A DNA stretch of 64,000 nt from Candidatus Bathyarchaeota archaeon (GCA_963768425.1 CAVYHV010000010.1:96001-160000), one strand, 5' to 3'. Positions 12,546-22,793 are shown, counted from the stretch's first letter. Notes: generated by a model not told the origin, from the letters alone. Program-made: numbers and translations.

Positions 12546-12890
12546 ATGGTTTACTGCAGTAAATGTGGCACTCAAAATCCAGATTCTAACACCGTATGCT
12601 CGAACTGCGGCGCTCCCCTATACACGGTCGGTCAACATTATCATGGAAGTGATCGAGAACACTACCGTCGCATGGAAAACGAATGCTTTGGCTTGCCCAA
12701 CGGAGGCATGATTGTGGGCGTCGTTATTGGTGCAATCATAATCCTTGTCGGGTTAGGCTTGTTCCTGCAAGCTACATATGGCATATCGATTAATTTTTGA
12801 CCAATTATAGTAATCATCTTCGGATTGCTCATCGTGTTGGGTGCAATTTTTGGGCGTAGACGATATAGCGAGCACCCATCTAATCCCTAA
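12546..12890 (+). CDS. Zinc-ribbon membrane protein with an in-frame TGA at 12798
   Basis: CxxC-x10-CxxC N-terminus and a TM helix. After the TGA the same frame continues PIIVIIFGLLIVLGAIFGRRRY to TAA at 12888-12890. Confidence 0.7.
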
Positions 12891-13579
12891 ACGCAGCGTC
12901 CGCATGCCGCACAGTTTCTTTTGTTGTTCCATTCTGAAAGAAAAATCCTAAACCACAACATAAAAACGATTAATCCCAGCACATATGCATCAACCAACAG
13001 GTTTTGCCCAACCAAATCAGCAACAATCAGAGTCATACACGAGCCAACCACAAACAAAGCATTCACCACCATTTTGACGAAACCGTTCATCTTTATTTGA
13101 ACCAACCCAACAAGCATCAAAACTCCACCGATCGCCAGAAGACAAAGGTTCCCCGTTTCCAAATCAAAAAAACCTAAACAAAACAAAAATATTCCTACCA
13201 GGGCAGCTATTGCTCCCACCAACAAGCCACTGCATGCAGCGCAAAAAACCGAGTTCCTGATTGTGATCCTGTTAGCCGAAAACCTTTCGCAGTCTGGGTG
13301 GTGCCCTTTGAACTGTATTAGTGTAGCAGACGATTTACCGTTGTCTGAGTAAACGGTAGGTTTTTTGAACATCAGGCGGCACTTATTCGGATAAAACACT
13401 GCAACTATACCCACGATGCAGACCATGCTGTAAATGGCACTTACAAGTGGACGTCGAAAAGGAGACGGGTCCGCTTGCAGGTTAGGCTGAAGCAACAAAA
13501 GTGGGACAATCGCCAACCCAAAAAATGAAATTGCAATTAAAAACGTCAGAAAAAAATTGGAAAACTCAGATTGTGGCAA
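12887..13579 (-). CDS. Cys-rich integral membrane protein of unknown function
   Basis: About 6 TM helices with HHPDC, FCAACSG and terminal CAACGRC motifs. Starts 9 bp downstream of the radical SAM gene. Confidence 0.7.
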   Translation of the reverse strand: MPQSEFSNFFLTFLIAISFFGLAIVPLLLLQPNLQADPSPFRRPLVSAIYSMVCIVGIVAVFYPNKCRLMFKKPTVYSDNGKSSATLIQFKGHHPDCERFSANRITIRNSVFCAACSGLLVGAIAALVGIFLFCLGFFDLETGNLCLLAIGGVLMLVGLVQIKMNGFVKMVVNALFVVGSCMTLIVADLVGQNLLVDAYVLGLIVFMLWFRIFLSEWNNKRNCAACGRCV

Positions 13580-13588
13580 AGTTTTCGC

Positions 13589-15010
13589 CTAGAACATCGA
13601 TTTGACTTTGGCCAGCACACCTGACATTGCCATATGCCAGAATGTGCGTCGTTTCATCGGATTTTTCGACAATAGCCCCTGGAACCGCCTGTTCCAAGAT
13701 CCATAGAAGCCGCGATAGCAACCATAGAGCTCCTCCTGCACCTGAAGAGTGGAAAGTGTTTCCGTTGGCATTATGGCATGAATCATATCATAGTGGTTCC
13801 AGTTACGATCTTCGATCCATCCGTTACGTTCTGCCTCGGCGTAAATTTCGGTACCCGGAAAAGGCGTCAGGATCCCGAACATGATGAAGTCGGGGTCAAG
13901 GTCGTTGGCGAACTCTCGGAGTTGAATGATGGATTGATGAGTTTCTTTGCGGTTACCAATGATAACCATCGCATGAGCAAAGATGCCGTTGTCACGGAGA
14001 AGGCGCACCGCCGTCTTAGCTTGATTAGGCGTAATTCCTTTCTTAAAGTAGTCCAGCGTACCAGGATTGGAACTCTCTACCCCAAGCAAAACCCAACTTA
14101 ACCCTGACTTCGCCAACCTTGGAAGAATGTCTTTGTTTTGGATAATGTCGTCACATCGAGCCTGAACAAACCATGTCACGTCATGCAACTGTTTGGTTAT
14201 AATCTCTTCGGCGATTTCCTTGGGGCGCTGTCCAGACCCAAAGTTATCATCAGTTAGCCATACCATCTCACTTCCAAACTCCCGATTACAATACGCCATT
14301 TCGTCTGCAATTCGCTTGGCAGATTTGAGACGCCAACAGGCTTGCCAGTGACGCCACTGAGTGCAGAAGGTACATTGGTGGTTGCATCCACGGGATCCTT
14401 CGATAAGAGCGTACGGCGCCCTTTTGCCAGACATCACTGAGAAATGGTATTTGCGCATGTTATTCTTGACAAGATGATAACCTGGAAAAGGCAAATCCTC
14501 TAAGTTTGTAATCAAAGACCTCGGTGGATTTTCAACAACCCTTCCGTTGTTCCTAAATGAGATTCCTTGTATGTCTTGGAACCCCAAATCATGTTGATGT
14601 GCTGTCACCAACTCAGCTAAAGTTTGTTCGCCTTCATTACGGATGATGACATCGATTTCAGGGTATAGTTGGAGGCTATCTTTGGCTGTTGCAGTGAAGT
14701 GTTGTCCGCCTGTTACAGTTAGAACTTTAGGCGACACACGTTTAGCGGTTTCAAGAGTTTTCGCGACGGCATATGTGTTGCATGTGGCCAGAGAAGCGGA
14801 AGCCACGATATCCGGGTTAGAAGCGGCAATGCGCTCTTCCATTTTCTTCCAATCGACTTTCTCAGCGTTGCAATCGAGAATTTCCAGTTTGAGATTTTTG
14901 TTTTCTCTTTCCAGATAAGCGGCAAGTTGGATGATGCCAAAGGGCGGCGGTAGGTATTCGCCCATGACAAACCATATATCTTTTGGCGGCTCGATAAACA
15001 GGACTTTCAA
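13589..15010 (-). CDS. Cobalamin-dependent radical SAM enzyme
   Basis: N-terminal B12-binding domain (PPFGIIQLAAYL...GGQHFT...EGE), SRGCNHQCTFC (CxxxCxxC), DDNF, GVES and TPFPGT. Confidence 0.92.
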   Translation of the reverse strand: MKVLFIEPPKDIWFVMGEYLPPPFGIIQLAAYLERENKNLKLEILDCNAEKVDWKKMEERIAASNPDIVASASLATCNTYAVAKTLETAKRVSPKVLTVTGGQHFTATAKDSLQLYPEIDVIIRNEGEQTLAELVTAHQHDLGFQDIQGISFRNNGRVVENPPRSLITNLEDLPFPGYHLVKNNMRKYHFSVMSGKRAPYALIEGSRGCNHQCTFCTQWRHWQACWRLKSAKRIADEMAYCNREFGSEMVWLTDDNFGSGQRPKEIAEEIITKQLHDVTWFVQARCDDIIQNKDILPRLAKSGLSWVLLGVESSNPGTLDYFKKGITPNQAKTAVRLLRDNGIFAHAMVIIGNRKETHQSIIQLREFANDLDPDFIMFGILTPFPGTEIYAEAERNGWIEDRNWNHYDMIHAIMPTETLSTLQVQEELYGCYRGFYGSWNRRFQGLLSKNPMKRRTFWHMAMSGVLAKVKSMF

Positions 15011-15083
15011 ACGAGAGTCTCCTAAGCCACTGATTAGTTCATTTTGCTTATTAGACTGTCGTTGAACAACTCTTCACGAATTT

Positions 15084-15545
15084 TCAATATGGTGAAACAT
15101 CTACTTTATCCCATTCAAAACCAATAGAAATATGGTATGCACTAGTACTGAACTTCGAGAGAAGCTGCCGCAAATTAGCAATCGTTTCTCCTTCATTGCC
15201 TTTTTCGCAGCTCAGAATCGCAACAATGTTGTGAACTCCATAGCATTTCCAAACAAGCTTGATGTTTGGCAGTTGGCAGACGGCTTCAATGACTTTTTCT
15301 GTGTCACCATAAGAAACCTCCATACCTATACAAATAGCTGACAGATTTAGGATTTTATAGTTTGGTATTGCCATTATTTTCTTTTCGATAACGTTGTTTT
15401 TTTCTAGTTTTTCTATTCTTCTGTAAACCGTTCCCCTTGTTACATTTAGAATCTTGGCCAAATCGTCGTAAGAATGAATTCCGCTGCAAATTTCGTGAAG
15501 AATCTTCTTGTCTAATTCATCCAAAGAAGCTGACAAAGCGGTCAC
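15084..15545 (-). CDS. Lrp/AsnC-family regulator
   Basis: LDELDKKIL...TVYRRIEKLEK HTH plus RAM domain. Confidence 0.85.
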   Translation of the reverse strand: MTALSASLDELDKKILHEICSGIHSYDDLAKILNVTRGTVYRRIEKLEKNNVIEKKIMAIPNYKILNLSAICIGMEVSYGDTEKVIEAVCQLPNIKLVWKCYGVHNIVAILSCEKGNEGETIANLRQLLSKFSTSAYHISIGFEWDKVDVSPY

Positions 15546-15603
15546 TGGACCTATTTGTATTTAAGATAAGTTACTTAAAAGATGTTGCATTTTCCCCTTT
15601 ACT

Positions 15604-15620
15604 TTGTTTCAATTGAACAA
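15604..15620. promoter_or_regulatory. Possible operator (imperfect palindrome TTGTTTCAATTGAACAA)
   Basis: Lies upstream of the Lrp gene. The half-site TTGAACAA recurs at 15062-15069, upstream of the radical SAM gene. Confidence 0.3.
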
Positions 15621-15805
15621 GAAATAAAAACCTTCAAAAATAGTTCTCTTACGTGATGCGTGTTCTGTAAAACGCTTAAAAAATATTATTTTGTATCACG
15701 CGGTAAATACTAATTGTACATTCATGTTTAAAGTGCCTCGAGAAAAGGGGGCTTTGAACGAAAGGAAAAGATCCTCAGAAGAAACATAATCCATCTTCTG
15801 AACCC

Positions 15806-16255
15806 ATGATTTTCGACCGAGAAAGGAAAAAGGCTCGCGCGAACAACTTTGTTGAACAAAGTCAATTACGTATTTTACATGTTGATGACGATGATTCTTT
15901 TCTGAAAGTTTCAAAGATGATTTTGGAGTTAGAAAACCAGTTTGAAGTTGACGGGGCAACTTCGGTTGATGAAGCTTTTTGCAAACTGAAAGCGTTAACT
16001 TATGACGCCATTATCTGCGATTACGACATGCCTATAAAAAACGGTTTAGATTTTTTGAAAGAACTCAGAGAACAAAGAAACGACATCGCCTTTGTAATCT
16101 TCACGGGCAGAGGCAGAGAAGAAGTTGCGATTAGAGCATTAAACTTAGGCGCAGATCATTACCTCAACAAGTGTGGTTCTCCTGAAACGGTTTACTGTGA
16201 ATTAGCGCAATCAATTCGTAAGATTGTGGAACGCAAGAAAGAACCGAGCACTTAA
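15806..16255 (+). CDS. Stand-alone response regulator receiver protein
   Basis: ILHVDDD, ICDYDMP, FTG and GADHYLNK motifs. Confidence 0.9.
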   Translation: MIFDRERKKARANNFVEQSQLRILHVDDDDSFLKVSKMILELENQFEVDGATSVDEAFCKLKALTYDAIICDYDMPIKNGLDFLKELREQRNDIAFVIFTGRGREEVAIRALNLGADHYLNKCGSPETVYCELAQSIRKIVERKKEPST

Positions 16256-16310
16256 GAGGAAATCGAGGCAAAAAAAGTATCAAAAGGAATGGGGCACAAA
16301 AGACTCCTCA

Positions 16311-16899
16311 TCATTTATTGAATGTGTCCGCTGATATTTCTTTTCCAATTGCGAACGCCTGTCCTACGGGTTTCCCAACTTTATGATATGCCATCCCCGC
16401 AGGATTCCAGATGATCGGTTTCATTTTCTCAATGTCTGGGAGGCTCTTTTCATTAAGCACAGAGAAATCGGCTTTGACATCCATGATTTCACCGATGAAC
16501 TCTGTATGTAGCCCAATTTCAATTATTTTCAGAACTTTGCATTCTATAATCAGAGGGAATTCTTTTACATAGGGTGCATCAACAAGGTCGCTTTTCACAG
16601 CGAGTAAGTCCTGTTGCTGTGAATTTATCCACCGTTTTTCCCGAAGTGAGGCCAAAATAATCAGCTTCCTTGGCATAGGTTTCGGATGGAATACTCACTG
16701 TAAACGCTTTCCGTTCCACAATATTATTGTAAGTATACGTTGCTTTTCTCAGAGATACATAGATGCATGGCGGTTGGGAACAACAAATTCCTCCCCAAGC
16801 AGCAGTCATAACATTTGGTTTTCCCTCTCGATCATAAGTTCCTACAACCCAGACAGGTGTCGTGGGAACGATAGTCTTTGCACCCAAAGAATTTTTCAT
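16311..16899 (-). CDS. Flavin reductase-family protein (frameshift near 16600)
   Basis: [25 protein letters not shown] joins [19 protein letters not shown]...[10 protein letters not shown]. Confidence 0.85.
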
Positions 16900-16934
16900 A
16901 AGAAACCTCCCTTAACATTTTGTCTTTTGCGCTG

Positions 16935-17765
16935 CTATTTTGTTTTCACTGCAGATACTTTTACGCTTACTACAGTATTGGCTGTTTCCTTTACCTCTTC
17001 TTCCGTCATATTTGCCATTTTGATTGCATCTTTCAATGTGGATTCACTTATGATGTATTCAAGCGGGTAGGTTTTTTCTTCTAATGACTTTTACTTCTTG
17101 GAACCCAGCTTTTCGCATTAGTTCAAGGTATTTGTCTTTAAGCTCTGCTCCAGAAATGCATCCAGCGTAAGCTTCTACATTTTCTTTGAATGGATTCAGG
17201 CAACTGCTTTCAAGAGCACAATGTCAGAAACCATCAATCGACCGTTCGGGGCAAGGACCCTGAAAGCTTCTTCAAACACACGCTTCTTGTTTGGGGCGAG
17301 GTTGATTACGCAGTTTGAGATTATGACATCAACTGAGTTGTCTGCAACAGGCAGGTTCTCGATTTCTCCGAGCCTAAATTCAACATTTGTGTATTTGCCT
17401 TTTTTGGCGTTTGCTCTTGCTTTGTCGAGCATTTCAGGAGTCATGTCAACGCCTATCACTTTGCCTTGCTTGCCGACTTTTTTGGCTGCTAAAAAGCAGT
17501 CAAAGCCTGCACCTGAACCCAAATCTAAAACTCTTTCGCCCTCTTTCAAAGAAGCTAAAGCAGTTGGATTGCCACAGCCTAAACCAAGATTGGCGCCTTC
17601 TGGAACAGCATTCATCTCTTCTTCGCTGTAACCAATCATTTTGCTTACTTGTTCGTTTGTGGGAGCTGAACAGCAGCTAACATTTGAAGCACAGCAAGAA
17701 CCGTTGGTTTTAGCAACTTTTGCGTAACGATTTCTAACTAATTTCTTAACTTTTTCTTCTTTCAT
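16935..17765 (-). CDS. arsM: Arsenite methyltransferase (frameshifts near 17200 and 17090)
   Basis: Cys pairs at the N-terminus, [20 protein letters not shown] and [11 protein letters not shown]-terminal AYAGCISGA and [10 protein letters not shown] lie in shifted frames, ending at TAG 16935. Confidence 0.9.
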
Positions 17766-17767
17766 AA

Positions 17768-18021
17768 TTAACTCTCCTGTTTAGTTACTCCTTTAAGCAA
17801 TGGACCAAGCGTTTTGCTTACTGCACCAGCTAACATTTCAGCTTTGATCATCATAATGCAGCATACTTCGCCCTCTTTCTCGCAAGCTACAACGGCTATT
17901 TTATCGTTTGGCTTGAAGTTTGCTTTTTCTCTAAGATCTTTAGGGAGAACGATTTGTCCTTTGACATCCATCGTTACGACTGCATCAATTCTGCAGATGT
18001 CTCCATCACAACTTGTACCAT
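17768..18021 (-). CDS. AbrB/SpoVT-fold protein resembling HgcAB-associated HgcC (probable indel near start)
   Basis: [23 protein letters not shown]...[12 protein letters not shown]...LGPLLK. GGTGA RBS precedes ATG 18021, which is one base out of frame. Confidence 0.75.
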
Positions 18022-18066
18022 CTTAATCACCTTGCCAAAGAAATGACGCTTCCAAATACTTAAGCA

Positions 18067-18087
18067 TTTCTGATTTTAAATCAGAAA
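18067..18087. promoter_or_regulatory. Perfect inverted repeat, likely operator of the hgcC-like/arsM versus acr3 divergon
   Basis: TTTCTGATTT-T-AAATCAGAAA (10-bp arms) directly upstream of a TATA-like CTTAAGTA on the minus strand. Confidence 0.6.
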
Positions 18088-18259
18088 AATCTGAATACTT
18101 CGTAATTAATATATTCAATATGAAAAGCGAAAATTCCTACCAATCTACTTAAATAAATGGGGATCAAAGTCAGCGTAGCTATCAAGCGTGTTCCTATATG
18201 AGAAGCCCAAAAGCGCGTCGTTACACAGAAATCACGAAACAAGATACCAGGTAAATGGC

Positions 18260-19343
18260 ATGAGTGTACCTTCAACACCCAACAAACCTAAGCCTCACCT
18301 TTCACGGTTAAGCAAGTTTCTAACAGTCTGGATATTCTTAGCAATGGCACTTGGAGTTGCAATAGGCTACATTTATCCGAAGGTCTCCAGCGCCATAGGC
18401 TCTCTAAGCATTGGAACAACCTCAATTCCCATCGCTGTAGGCTTGATTTTGATGATGTATCCTCCACTTGCAAGGGTACGCTACGAAGACCTAAGGAAAG
18501 TGGTAACCGCAAAAGGTTCAAAAACTATGCTCACAGAATCACTTACCCTTAACTGGGTAATTGGACCCTGTTGATGTTTGTTTTAGCTTGGGTTTTCCTT
18601 GGAGCCTACCCCGACCTCAGAAACGGCATAATCCTATCGGCATAGCACGATGCATCGCAATGGTCATAGTATGGAACAACCTTGCCGAAGGCGACAACGA
18701 ATGGACAGCCATACTGGTCGCAATAAACTCAATTTTCCAAATAGTAATGTACTCGGTTCTCGCTTACTTCTACATAACCATAGCCAGCTCCTGGATTTCA
18801 GGTCAGGCAAGTCGTAAACATTTCCTTAATGCAAGTCGCCCAATCAGTAGCGATTTACTTGGGAATCCCATTCTTCGCAGGAATCATAACCAGATACTAC
18901 TTCCTAAAAACCAAAGGAAAAGAATGGTACGAACACAAACTAATGCACAAACTAAGCCATCTTCACTGATTGCGTTGCTATTCACGATTGTGGTGATGTT
19001 CTCACTCAAAGGGCAATACATCGTAAGCTTGCCGTTAGATGTTGTAAGGGTTGCCATTCCCCTCTTAGTCTACTTCATAATAATGTTCTCAGTGGCATTC
19101 GCAATAGGGCACTACTCAAAACTGGGTTACAAAAGAACAACCTCGCTCTCTTTCACCGCAGCCAGCAACAACTTCGAATTAGCCATAGCCGTAGCAGTCG
19201 CGGTTTTCGGTTTAGCTTCACAAGAAGCATTTGCAGCAGTCATAGGACCGTTAATAGAGGTGCCGGTTATGATAAGCTTAGTGAACGTGGCACTCTGGAT
19301 AAGAAAGAAGTATTATGCAGATAAGGAGAATGAAGCTAGCTGA
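18260..19343 (+). CDS. acr3: ACR3-family arsenite efflux transporter (several frameshifts)
   Basis: [55 protein letters not shown] and GPLIEVPV. Confidence 0.92.
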
Positions 19344-19557
19344 AGAAGGTAAGAGGAACCAAACTTCGGAGGCTCAAAATTTGAAAATATACGTAGGTCT
19401 AAAAGAAAAAACTAAGCCTGGAATATTTGAATCGGAAACAGAGCCAACCAAGGAGACTCACCCTCAATACGATATCATTTACGGTCCCTTCAAATCAATA
19501 GAAGATGCCGAAAAATACACAAAAGCAATGGGTGAACTAGCCTGTGGTGACAGCTAA
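19330..19557 (+). CDS. Small hypothetical protein
   Basis: AGGAG RBS, start overlaps the acr3 end, ends ACGDS. Confidence 0.55.
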   Translation: MKLAEEGKRNQTSEAQNLKIYVGLKEKTKPGIFESETEPTKETHPQYDIIYGPFKSIEDAEKYTKAMGELACGDS

Positions 19558-19580
19558 TTTTTTAGACATGGCGAGACTCG

Positions 19581-19870
19581 ATGAGTGAGGAGCAAATTAG
19601 AATAAGAAGCTGGGAAGAACTCGAGCGTTTAGTCAGTAGCGGTTTGCCGTAGCAGCTCAAAAATAAACTGTGCCATCTGCGCTTCCCCGACAGTTATGGG
19701 CAGACCTGAGTTGATTCGCTCAAGATTGCCTAAAGCGAAGGATTATTTGGATCATCCTTTTGATGACCCTTCCGAAGTGGAGGGAACTGAAGAAGAAAAA
19801 CTTGAGGCTTTCCGTCGTACGAGAGATGAAATGAAAAAGTGAATAATCGAAAAGTTTAGTTCCTGAGCGA
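19581..19870 (+). pseudogene. Deleted remnant of a hypothetical-gene/arsC pair (copy of 23099-23980)
   Basis: First ~55 nt resemble the start of 23099 (IRSWEE). The sequence then jumps to near identity with arsC 23750-23980, with TGG changed to TGA. Confidence 0.85.
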
Positions 19871-19903
19871 TTGTGCACTGTAAGAGAGTTCATTGCATCT
19901 TGC

Positions 19904-21220
19904 TCATGTAATTTTTTTGTGCCGAAACATTATTACTACTGCAGCGATAGCTATAACGACGATCACAACAGCTGCCAGGCAAATAATTTCCAATGTAGAT
20001 ATCATTGGCTGAGTTCCTTGCGAAGGTGTAGACTTTGTCAGTTGGTTACCAAAAGCGTAAACATAATGATCCCACGATCCCACATAAACGACCCCGTTCC
20101 AAACAGCAGGCGAAGAACTCACATGATTTCCAGTTGTGTACGTCCATATGTTTGCTCCACTGGACGCGTTTAGACAATAAACGTTTCCATCCCACCCTCC
20201 AAAGTAAACGTTGCCACCAGCCACTGCAGGAGAGGAATCAACCCCGTCTTGCGTGGCATAGTTCCAGATTTTCGCCCCGGTTAATGCATTGAGGCAATAA
20301 ACGTTTTTGTCTGGGTTTGCCGACTCACCCGTTCCGATGTAAACGTACCCGTTTGCGACTGCAGGGGAAGAGTCAACCCAACTTAAAGTTGGATAGCTCC
20401 ATATTTTTGTTCCGCTTGTCGCGTTAAGGCAATAGACATTATCGTCTTCTGACCCGATGTAGAGGCGACCGTCAACTACTGCAGGTGAAGACTGTATGAC
20501 GTTCCCAGTGGTATAGCTCCAAATTTTCGCGCCAGATGAAGCGTCAAGACAATAAACGTTGCCATTTGAAGAGGCAACATAGATATGATCTCCAACGACT
20601 GCTGGTGAAGACTCCACAAGCCCACCCGTTGAATAATTCCATATTTCGGCGCCATTGGTCGCATCAAAACAGTAAACGTTACCATCCCATGAGCCCACAT
20701 ACACATAACCATTAGCAACTGAGGGACAAGACTCCACAGTATTTCCGGTTGTGAAATTCCAAACTTTTTCGCCTGTTAAAGCGTTCAGGCAATACACGTT
20801 ACGGTCATAACATCCAAAATAGAGGTAACCGTTGGCAACCGCCATTGAAGAACTAATTGCTGGACCCGCACCCTGAAACCCTCGGCTTGCAGTAGCGACA
20901 GTGAAATTCCATACTTCGGATCCATCTGATGCGTTGAGGCAGTAAGCGATTCCGCCGTCAGAACCAATGTAGAGGCGACCATCAACGATTGCAGGCGAAG
21001 CGCCAACTGGGCTGTTGGTCTTAAAGTTCCATAGTAAAGTGGCGTTAGTTGCAGTTGGTTTGCTGGTTGAGTAACCTGAATGAGTAAGGTCATGGTGAAA
21101 CAGCGGCCAATCAGCCGAAGAAGAATTAACAGATGCAAGTGCCGCTGGAAACAATACAAAACAGAAAAAGACTGATATCGTCAAAATAAAAAAGACCTGA
21201 ACATAGTTAGACCTTTTCAT
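19904..21220 (-). CDS. PQQ-like (BamB-type) beta-propeller surface protein
   Basis: Signal peptide, 8 repeats of SSPAV..G.VY.GS.DG.VYCL.A..G...W and a C-terminal TM. Confidence 0.9.
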   Translation of the reverse strand: MKRSNYVQVFFILTISVFFCFVLFPAALASVNSSSADWPLFHHDLTHSGYSTSKPTATNATLLWNFKTNSPVGASPAIVDGRLYIGSDGGIAYCLNASDGSEVWNFTVATASRGFQGAGPAISSSMAVANGYLYFGCYDRNVYCLNALTGEKVWNFTTGNTVESCPSVANGYVYVGSWDGNVYCFDATNGAEIWNYSTGGLVESSPAVVGDHIYVASSNGNVYCLDASSGAKIWSYTTGNVIQSSPAVVDGRLYIGSEDDNVYCLNATSGTKIWSYPTLSWVDSSPAVANGYVYIGTGESANPDKNVYCLNALTGAKIWNYATQDGVDSSPAVAGGNVYFGGWDGNVYCLNASSGANIWTYTTGNHVSSSPAVWNGVVYVGSWDHYVYAFGNQLTKSTPSQGTQPMISTLEIICLAAVVIVVIAIAAVVIMFRHKKIT

Positions 21221-21514
21221 TGTGACCGAACCTTACAAGCAAAATGCAATATAGTTATATTTATTTAATAATATATGCCAAAAAAAAGGAAAAGAGCAGG
21301 ATAAATTCTCCTCCAGATGGACGAATCCCGTCGGATCGGTACAATTCCAAGGCAGGCAAAAAGATTGAGGCTAAGTGTAGGTAGTGTTCGCCCGAATATC
21401 AAGCGCAATACCTTAAACTCAAAAACCTATTTGTCCTGTTCTAAGTAATAAGTAGCGAGAGTATATATTATATTGAGCAAGCCTTTTAAAATCCCGAAAA
21501 CAATACTGAATTAC

Positions 21515-21949
21515 ATGTCTTCTTCAGTTAAGAAAATGGTTGTGGAATGGAAAGGAAATTATCGCCTAGAGGGAAAGAACGAGAAAGGTCTTAAAGTAAA
21601 TTTTGATGCGCCAAAAGAGCATGGCGGCGAAGAAACCGCTCTTTCTCCGATGGAGAACGTTTTAGCAAGCCTAGCCGCATGTAGCAGTTTTCACGTTTTA
21701 ACTATACTGAAGAAGAAACGACTAAACGTTACTGCGTACTCTGTGGAAGCTACAGCTGAAAGAAGAGAAGATCCACCGCCAAGAGTCTTCACAAAAATCC
21801 ACCTAAAGTATATCGTTAAAGGCACAAATATCACACCTGAAGCCGTGGATAGCGCAATCAAACTCTCAGAAGAGAAATACTGCTCTGTAGGTGGAATGCT
21901 TCAAAAAGCGTTGCCTATCACTTCATCTTTTGAAATTACAAATCAGTAA
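21515..21949 (+). CDS. OsmC-family protein
   Basis: SPMENVLASLAACSS and SEEKYCSV. Confidence 0.9.
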   Translation: MSSSVKKMVVEWKGNYRLEGKNEKGLKVNFDAPKEHGGEETALSPMENVLASLAACSSFHVLTILKKKRLNVTAYSVEATAERREDPPPRVFTKIHLKYIVKGTNITPEAVDSAIKLSEEKYCSVGGMLQKALPITSSFEITNQ

Positions 21950-22076
21950 AAAACAACCCATTAGAAAACAATAAATCTAGCCGCAGAAAAATAAGAAAAA
22001 AAAGGACAAAAAAACAAACAAAATTGAAAAATGAAGTAAAATGATGGCGCGTTGGTTTGATACAATGGAGATGTAA

Positions 22077-22793
22077 ATGTCGTTTAACCTAAGTAAAAAC
22101 AACAATTTTTTTCATCTTTGTGAATTTCTTGGGTCAATGATTTTGACGATTGCCGCAATTTCGCCAGTCATTCTATTTAACAACGTCCTGGAAGCTGATA
22201 TTGCCTTAACCGTCTTGGCAGATGCTATTGCTGTTGGTTTTGTTTTATTTGCTTTAATTGAGATTTTTTCGCCAATATGTACCGCTTTTTTTAATCCTGC
22301 TGTATCAATTGCATTTGCTGTTGATGGCAGATTGACTTGGAAACAGGCAGGAATTTACAGTGCAAACCAAATATTAGGAGGAATCGCAGGTCTCTTGATT
22401 TCCCAGTTAATGTTTTATAATAAAATTCCAAAACTATTCGCAATATCTGATATTTCTCGTTTAGGAGGAAGTGACGTTGCTGAGATTCTGGGCACCTTTG
22501 TTCTTGTGCTTGCCATTCTTTCTATGGTAGGGCAAAAATCAAATAAGACATCTTTCGTGGTTGGTTTTCTCGTTGGTGGTATGTTACTTGCAACTTCTAG
22601 TACCATGTTTGCAAATCCTCAGGTTACCATTGCTAGAATGTTTACTTATTCTGCAGCAGGAATAGCACCTCTTGACGGCTTAATTTTTATTGCGATGCAA
22701 ATAATTGGTGCTACTTTGGCTATTTTGGCGTGGAGAAGCCTGCGCCTTACATGTTTTGACTACAAGTGCGAAGAGGCGACAAAAGATGACTGA
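22077..22793 (+). CDS. MIP/aquaporin channel, AqpS-like
   Basis: EFLGS, FFNPA and FANPQVTIARMFT, located in the arsenic cluster. Confidence 0.85.
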   Translation: MSFNLSKNNNFFHLCEFLGSMILTIAAISPVILFNNVLEADIALTVLADAIAVGFVLFALIEIFSPICTAFFNPAVSIAFAVDGRLTWKQAGIYSANQILGGIAGLLISQLMFYNKIPKLFAISDISRLGGSDVAEILGTFVLVLAILSMVGQKSNKTSFVVGFLVGGMLLATSSTMFANPQVTIARMFTYSAAGIAPLDGLIFIAMQIIGATLAILAWRSLRLTCFDYKCEEATKDD

